Assembly (NCBI GenBank): GCA_038046625.1
Contig: JBBSVV010000046.1
Location: 1 to 10,616 of the forward strand
From: an archaeon
GTDB lineage: Archaea > Iainarchaeota > Iainarchaeia > Iainarchaeales > Iainarchaeaceae
DNA length: 10,616 bases
Direction of reading: 5' to 3'
Shown: piece by piece, positions 6,722 through 10,616 of the stretch
Numbering within the stretch: the first letter of the stretch is position 1
Layout: each line of letters starts with the position of its first letter
Made by a program: the position numbers and the translations under genes
The notes under the pieces: model-generated
Database searches by the model: none
What the model saw: the letters and a program-made list of their open reading frames with translations, nothing else
What the model was told of the DNA's origin: nothing

Positions 6722-7102
6722 ATGAGCTCGAAGCCAAGCAAGAACAGAAAGAGGCATTACTCCAAGGAGCTGCACCTGATAGGCAAGGAGTTCAGCGTGC
6801 ACCTTTCAAAGGAACTTGCAAAGGAGCTTGGAAGGAGAAGCCTTGAAGTGAGGAAAGGCGACACCGTTAAACTTGTGAGGGGCGGAGAAAAATATGTCGG
6901 CAAGCAGGGCAAGATTGCTGAAGTGAACAGGAAAAAGAGGCAGGTGCTTATTGAGGGGCTTGTGAGGAAAAAGCTTGACGGAACCGAAAGGATGGTTCCT
7001 TTCAGGCCCAGCAATTTGATTATTATGGCCATTGATGACAAGGATGACCGCAGGCTGAAAGGAAAAAAAGCGGTTAAGAAAATGGAGAAGGTTACGGCGT
7101 GA
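6722..7102 (+). CDS. rpl24: 50S ribosomal protein uL24 (archaeal type)
   Basis: SSKPSKNRK, HLSKEL, KOW motif RSLEVRKGDTVKLVRG, PFRPSNLII, DDRR. Start ATG 6722 (alternative GTG 6716). Confidence 0.96.
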   Translation: MSSKPSKNRKRHYSKELHLIGKEFSVHLSKELAKELGRRSLEVRKGDTVKLVRGGEKYVGKQGKIAEVNRKKRQVLIEGLVRKKLDGTERMVPFRPSNLIIMAIDDKDDRRLKGKKAVKKMEKVTA

Positions 7103-7104
7103 TT
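7070..7104 (+). repeat. 35-nt dispersed direct repeat, copy 2 (rpl24 3' end and junction)
   Basis: GCGGTTAAGAAAATGGAGAAGGTTACGGCGTGATT; 33/35 identical to 2134-2168. Confidence 0.9.
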
Positions 7105-7107
7105 TGA

Positions 7108-7833
7108 ATGGCAAGCAGGGGAGAATCAAAGACAATGAAGAGCATTTCGGCTCCGAAGGCAAGGTACTTTTCGAGGAAAAAGAATGTTTTCACTGTAAAG
7201 GGAAGGCCCGGGCCGCACAACAGGGAAAATTCGGTTCCGTTGAGCTTCCTTTTGAGGGACGTGCTTGAGGCAACGAAGAACCTCAGGGAAACAAAAGCCG
7301 TATTGAAACAGGGCAAAGTTAAGGTGAACGGCGAAGCGAGGAAAGATTACAGGCTCTCTGTGGGCTTGTTTGATGTTGTGGAGATTGATTCGATGAAGAA
7401 AAAGTACAGGATTCTCTTTGACAACAAAGGAAGGATTTACGCCAAGGAAATAGAGTTCAAGGGAAAGGACTTCAAGGTTTCAAAGGTTACGGGAAAAAGG
7501 AAAGCGAAGGGCGGAAAAACATTCATAACCACGGGCGATGGCTTCACCATACCCATTGAAAAGGAAAAAATCGGTGTCGGGGACAGCGTGAAGATTTCCC
7601 TGCCGGAAAGAAAGATTGAGGAAGTTTATGAAATGAAGGCGGGCAGTTCCGTGTTCATTGTCGGCGGGGTCCACGTTGGCCAGAGCGCGAAGGTGCATGG
7701 AATTGTTGAGGGAAACATCCAGAGGCAAAGGCTTGTTTCGCTTGAAGGGGAAGGCAATAATTTCACCACTGTTGAGGACAACGTTTTTGTTGTCGGAAAG
7801 GGAAAGCCCGAAATCGAGGCATTGGGAAAGTGA
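7108..7833 (+). CDS. rps4e: 30S ribosomal protein eS4
   Basis: RPGPHNRENSVPLSFLLRDVL, GKVKVNG..RKDYR..VGLFDVV, FIVGGVHVGQ, FTTVEDNVFVVG. Syntenic. Confidence 0.96.
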   Translation: MASRGESKTMKSISAPKARYFSRKKNVFTVKGRPGPHNRENSVPLSFLLRDVLEATKNLRETKAVLKQGKVKVNGEARKDYRLSVGLFDVVEIDSMKKKYRILFDNKGRIYAKEIEFKGKDFKVSKVTGKRKAKGGKTFITTGDGFTIPIEKEKIGVGDSVKISLPERKIEEVYEMKAGSSVFIVGGVHVGQSAKVHGIVEGNIQRQRLVSLEGEGNNFTTVEDNVFVVGKGKPEIEALGK

Positions 7834-7839
7834 TTATGT

Positions 7840-8352
7840 ATGGCTGAAAATCCAATGAAAATTATCAGGGTTGGGAAGGTTACGGTAAACATGGGTGTCG
7901 GCCAGACGGGCGAGGAGCTCAAGAAGGCCGCAACCATACTGCAGAACGTTACCGGGGCAAAGCCAATCATGACCGAGTGCAAAGTGAAGCAGCCTACTTG
8001 GGGAATACGCGAGGGCCTCACAATCGGGACAAAGGTCACTTTGAGGGGGGAAAAGGCGGCCGCTTTCCTGAAGGGCGCATTCGCCGCAAAGGACAACAAA
8101 ATAAAGAAAAAGAGCTTTGACAAAACCGGAAACTTCGGCTTCGGAATAAAGGAGTACATTGATTTGCCGAAGGCAAAGTACGACCCAAAGCTCGGGATAA
8201 AGGGAATGGATGTTTTGGTTACGCTTGAAAGGCCGGGTTATCGCGTGAAGAAAAGGAAATTGAGGAAGGCAAAAATCGAGAAAGGCCACGTGATAAAGAC
8301 CGAGGAAGCGATTGAGTTCGTGAAGCGGAACTTCGGGGTTGAAGTTGTATGA
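7840..8352 (+). CDS. rpl5: 50S ribosomal protein uL5
   Basis: NPMKIIRVGKVTVNMGVGQTGEEL, WGIREGLTIGTKVTLRG, SFDKTGNFGFGIKEYID, YDPKLGIKGMDV..TLERPGYRV. Confidence 0.98.
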   Translation: MAENPMKIIRVGKVTVNMGVGQTGEELKKAATILQNVTGAKPIMTECKVKQPTWGIREGLTIGTKVTLRGEKAAAFLKGAFAAKDNKIKKKSFDKTGNFGFGIKEYIDLPKAKYDPKLGIKGMDVLVTLERPGYRVKKRKLRKAKIEKGHVIKTEEAIEFVKRNFGVEVV

Positions 8353-8507
8353 GCGAAAATAAGGTGAAAAGGGACTGGAAGGTCCAGCCGAAGATTTGCA
8401 AGAAGTGCGGTTCGCACAAGGGAGTCATAAGCAAGTACGGGCTTGGCATCTGCAGGAGATGCTTCAAGGACAACGCGCCTGCGCTTGGCTTCAGGAAGTA
8501 CGATTAG
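8349..8507 (+). CDS. rps14: 30S ribosomal protein uS14, zinc-binding type (52 aa; absent from the ORF track)
   Basis: Hand translation: MSENKVKRDWKVQPKICKKCGSHKGVISKYGLGICRRCFKDNAPALGFRKYD*. Two CxxC motifs and GFRKY end. ATGA overlap with rpl5; TAG at 8505-8507. Confidence 0.95.
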   Translation: MSENKVKRDWKVQPKICKKCGSHKGVISKYGLGICRRCFKDNAPALGFRKYD

Positions 8508-8522
8508 GGGGGAGTGATGAAA

Positions 8523-8915
8523 ATGGGCATGACTGATCCGATTGCAGACGCACTGACGAATCTCAAGAACCACGAGAATGCGGCAAAGAACGAGTGCATA
8601 ATAAGGCCGGCTTCCAAGCTGCTGAAGGAGATACTCAGGATAATGCAGGAGAAGGGCTACATAGGCACTTACGAGTTTGTCGATGACGGAAGGCAGGGAA
8701 TATTCAAGGTGCACCTCATAGGGAAGATAAACGACTGCAGGGCAATCAAGCCGCGCTATGCCGTGAAGAAGGACGAGTTTGAAAAGTACGAGAAAAAATA
8801 TTTGCCTTCGTACGATGTCGGCACGATTATAGTCACTACTCCTAAAGGGGTTGTCGCGCACAAGGATGCAAAGGAAATGGCTGTGGGAGGAAGGCTGCTC
8901 GCATACGTTTACTGA
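8523..8915 (+). CDS. rps8: 30S ribosomal protein uS8
   Basis: DPIADAL, IRPASKLL, GYIGTYEFVDDGRQG, GKINDCRAIKPRY, EKKYLP, IVTTPKGV, GGRLLAYVY. ATG 8523 is best spaced from the GGAGTGA SD (alternatives 8514, 8517, 8529). Confidence 0.97.
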   Translation: MGMTDPIADALTNLKNHENAAKNECIIRPASKLLKEILRIMQEKGYIGTYEFVDDGRQGIFKVHLIGKINDCRAIKPRYAVKKDEFEKYEKKYLPSYDVGTIIVTTPKGVVAHKDAKEMAVGGRLLAYVY

Positions 8916-8928
8916 AGTGATTTTTTTT

Positions 8929-9474
8929 ATGGCACAAAAGCTTGTTTCAAAGGTCGGGATTCCCGAAGGCGTGAAGGTTGACATGAAGGGCAATGACCTG
9001 AAGGTTTCTGCTTCGGGAAAGGAGAACGCGAGGAACTTCAAGTCCACTAACTTTGTATTCAAGAAGAACGGCTCCGAAATAGAGGTGTGGAGCAAGAGCA
9101 CGAGGCGCAATGTTGTTGCGGAGGCAAACGCTGTTGCTTCGCACATAAGGAACCTCATCACAGGCCTGAACAAGGATTACGTTTACAGGCTCGAGGTTGT
9201 TTACAGCCACTTCCCCATGAATGTTGCTGTGAAGGGGAATTACGTGGAGATAAACAACCTTTCGGGCGGAAAATTCCCGCGCAGGGCAAATATAATCGGA
9301 AGCACGAAAGTCGAAATCAAGGGAAAGGACATTACTGTGAAGGGGCAAAACAAGGAACATACTGGACAGACTGCCGCCAATCTTGAGCAGGCAACGCGCA
9401 TACGCGGCCGTGATGTCAGGATTTTCCAGGACGGGATTTACATTACATCAAAATCCGGAGAGGCAAAGGAATGA
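8929..9474 (+). CDS. rpl6: 50S ribosomal protein uL6
   Basis: IPEGVKV, SHIRNLITG, YSHFPMNV, KEHTGQTAANLEQAT, RDVRIFQDGIYI. Start at ATG 8929, not 8851. Confidence 0.97.
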   Translation: MAQKLVSKVGIPEGVKVDMKGNDLKVSASGKENARNFKSTNFVFKKNGSEIEVWSKSTRRNVVAEANAVASHIRNLITGLNKDYVYRLEVVYSHFPMNVAVKGNYVEINNLSGGKFPRRANIIGSTKVEIKGKDITVKGQNKEHTGQTAANLEQATRIRGRDVRIFQDGIYITSKSGEAKE

Positions 9475-9480
9475 TTTTTT

Positions 9481-10005
9481 ATGGCCGGCAAAAAAACCGA
9501 AGAGAAGAAAGCCGTTGCGAAGAAAGCTGAACCAAAAAAAGACGCTTCTGTGAAAGGCGAGGAAAAAAAGGAAGCGAAGGAACCGAAGAAAAAAAAGGAG
9601 AAGAAATCCAGGAAAGTTGCGGTGAAGAAGAGCAAGGAAGTTTTGGCCTTGAGGCGCAAGGTTCTCTCGAAATCCGGCCTGCCGATTTTCAGGGGAAGCT
9701 TCGGGCAGAGGATTATAAGGAAGAAGAGCATTGCGAAGTGGGACAAGTGGCGCGTGAGAAGGGGCATTGATGTCAAGAACGAGATACAGGACGGCAAGAG
9801 GCCCGGCCAGGGATACAGGAGGCCGAGGGAATTAAGGCACGTGCATCCGAGCGGGTTCCGCGAGTTCGTGGTGCGCACTTTGAATGACGTGAATGCGGTT
9901 CCGAGGGACCACGCAATAAGGATTAAGGCGGGCGTTGGAAAAAAGAAAAGGATTGTTATTGTGGACAAGGCCATTGAAAAGGGAATCAAGGTTTTGAATC
10001 CGTGA
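9481..10005 (+). CDS. rpl32e: 50S ribosomal protein eL32 (divergent) with about 50-aa Lys/Glu-rich N-terminal extension
   Basis: KWRVRRGID, GYRRPRELRHVHPSGFREFVV, AIRIKAGVGKKKRIVI..KAIEKGIKVLNP. Syntenic after rpl6. Confidence 0.93.
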   Translation: MAGKKTEEKKAVAKKAEPKKDASVKGEEKKEAKEPKKKKEKKSRKVAVKKSKEVLALRRKVLSKSGLPIFRGSFGQRIIRKKSIAKWDKWRVRRGIDVKNEIQDGKRPGQGYRRPRELRHVHPSGFREFVVRTLNDVNAVPRDHAIRIKAGVGKKKRIVIVDKAIEKGIKVLNP

Positions 10006-10018
10006 ACGGTGAAATGCG

Positions 10019-10459
10019 ATGAACGACAGGAAAGCAAAGAGAATGGCAGCGGTAATCCTGAAGGTCGGCAAAACGAAAATCTGGGTGAACCCGGAGGAAA
10101 AGGCAAGGCTCAAGGAAGCCATGACGAAGGAAGACATTAGGCAGCTTATCAAGGAAAACATAATTAAGAAGCGCAGGGGGAATCTGCACAGCAGGGGCAA
10201 GGCACGCTTGCTCGCCAAAAAGAAAAGCAAGGGAAGGAAGAGGGGAAAGGGAAAGAGAAAGGGCGGCAAGGCTGTAAGGGTGAATAAGAAGGAGAAGTGG
10301 GTCAAGAACGTGCGGGCGCAGAGGCAGTACCTGAAGGAGCTCAAGGCTTCGGGCGCAAAACTGAGCAGGACGCCGAGGGAAATTTACCTCATGATAAAAG
10401 GCGGATTCTTTAAGGGGAAAAAGTACATGCAGGCAATGGTTGAGGAGGCGAAAAAATGA
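10019..10459 (+). CDS. rpl19e: 50S ribosomal protein eL19
   Basis: KRMAAVILKVGKTKIWVNP, AMTKEDIRQLI, SRGKAR, KGRKRGKGKRKG, KEKWVKNVRAQRQYLKEL, YLMIKGGFFK. Confidence 0.96.
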   Translation: MNDRKAKRMAAVILKVGKTKIWVNPEEKARLKEAMTKEDIRQLIKENIIKKRRGNLHSRGKARLLAKKKSKGRKRGKGKRKGGKAVRVNKKEKWVKNVRAQRQYLKELKASGAKLSRTPREIYLMIKGGFFKGKKYMQAMVEEAKK

Positions 10460-10464
10460 TTTTT

Positions 10465-10616
10465 GCGAGCGAAGCGAGCCAACAGTTTCGGCTGTTGGGT
10501 GCGACGGCTACCTTCGGTAGACAAAGTCCCGCTATGCGGGACCAAGACCCTGCGACCTTGCAGAATCAGAAGATTCTGCGAGGCCTCGTCCCCGCAGGGG
10601 ACAAGGAGCAGGGGCT
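10465..10616 (+). other. Palindrome-rich structured element of unknown class downstream of rpl19e (runs off the window edge)
   Basis: Five consecutive hairpins (10479-10498, 10508-10520, 10526-10542, 10556-10583, 10584-10606), enclosing stem 10548-10553/10608-10613, and GCGAGC-GAA-GCGAGC at 10465-10479. Confidence 0.7.

Noticed and set aside
4154..8928. Extended N-termini in the ORF track for uS3 (4154), uL14 (6303) and uL6 (8851); also uL2 (2637)
   Set aside because: They overlap upstream genes or SD spacers. Homology and SD position support starts at 4283, 6321, 8929 and 2655.
107..10344. Many long minus-strand ORFs (e.g. 107-580, 1464-2198, 2517-3281, 4873-5685, 8238-9173) and short alternative-frame + ORFs
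   Set aside because: They lie over well-conserved r-protein genes. The minus-strand ones are Phe/Leu/Ser-rich mirror images of Lys/Glu codons, and none shows a recognisable motif.
242..10459. Alternative genetic code (TGA readthrough), given the abundance of TGA stops
   Set aside because: TGA falls at the expected protein ends and never inside conserved domains, and Trp is encoded by TGG. Code 11 fits.
10518..10535. GACAAAGTCC resembling the RNase P RNA motif GAGGAAAGUCC
   Set aside because: The match is imperfect, the GTCCC is used in a local perfect hairpin, and no other RNase P conserved region is visible.
10460..10616. tRNA, 5S rRNA or CRISPR array in the terminal hairpin region
   Set aside because: There is no T-loop GTTCRA or cloverleaf spacing, no 5S signature, and no regularly spaced identical repeats.

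Overview
This window holds most of an archaeal S10-spc ribosomal protein superoperon, all on the + strand and tightly packed. It has 20 genes in canonical archaeal order: uL3, uL4, uL23, uL2, uS19, uL22, uS3, uL29, aIF1/SUI1, RNase P subunit Rpp29, uS17, uL14, uL24, eS4, uL5, uS14 (missing from the ORF track), uS8, uL6, eL32, eL19. eS4, eL32, eL19, SUI1 and Rpp29 in a prokaryotic operon identify an archaeon. The strong divergence of uL4, uL22, eS4 and eL32 suggests a DPANN-type lineage, which is inference only. The minus-strand ORFs are antisense shadows. Five things are not explained by the gene list. (1) The 5' leader has two mutually exclusive pairings and a 21-codon uORF whose stop abuts the rpl3 ATG. 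(2) A 33/35-nt repeat is shared by the rpl4 and rpl24 3' ends and junctions. (3) uL23 has a His-rich N-terminal extension, and a KKAEPKK module is shared by the tails of three proteins. (4) The exit-tunnel loops of uL4 and uL22 are remodelled. (5) A dense hairpin array follows rpl19e where rpl18 would normally begin, and it is open in the ATGA-coupled frame to the window edge.
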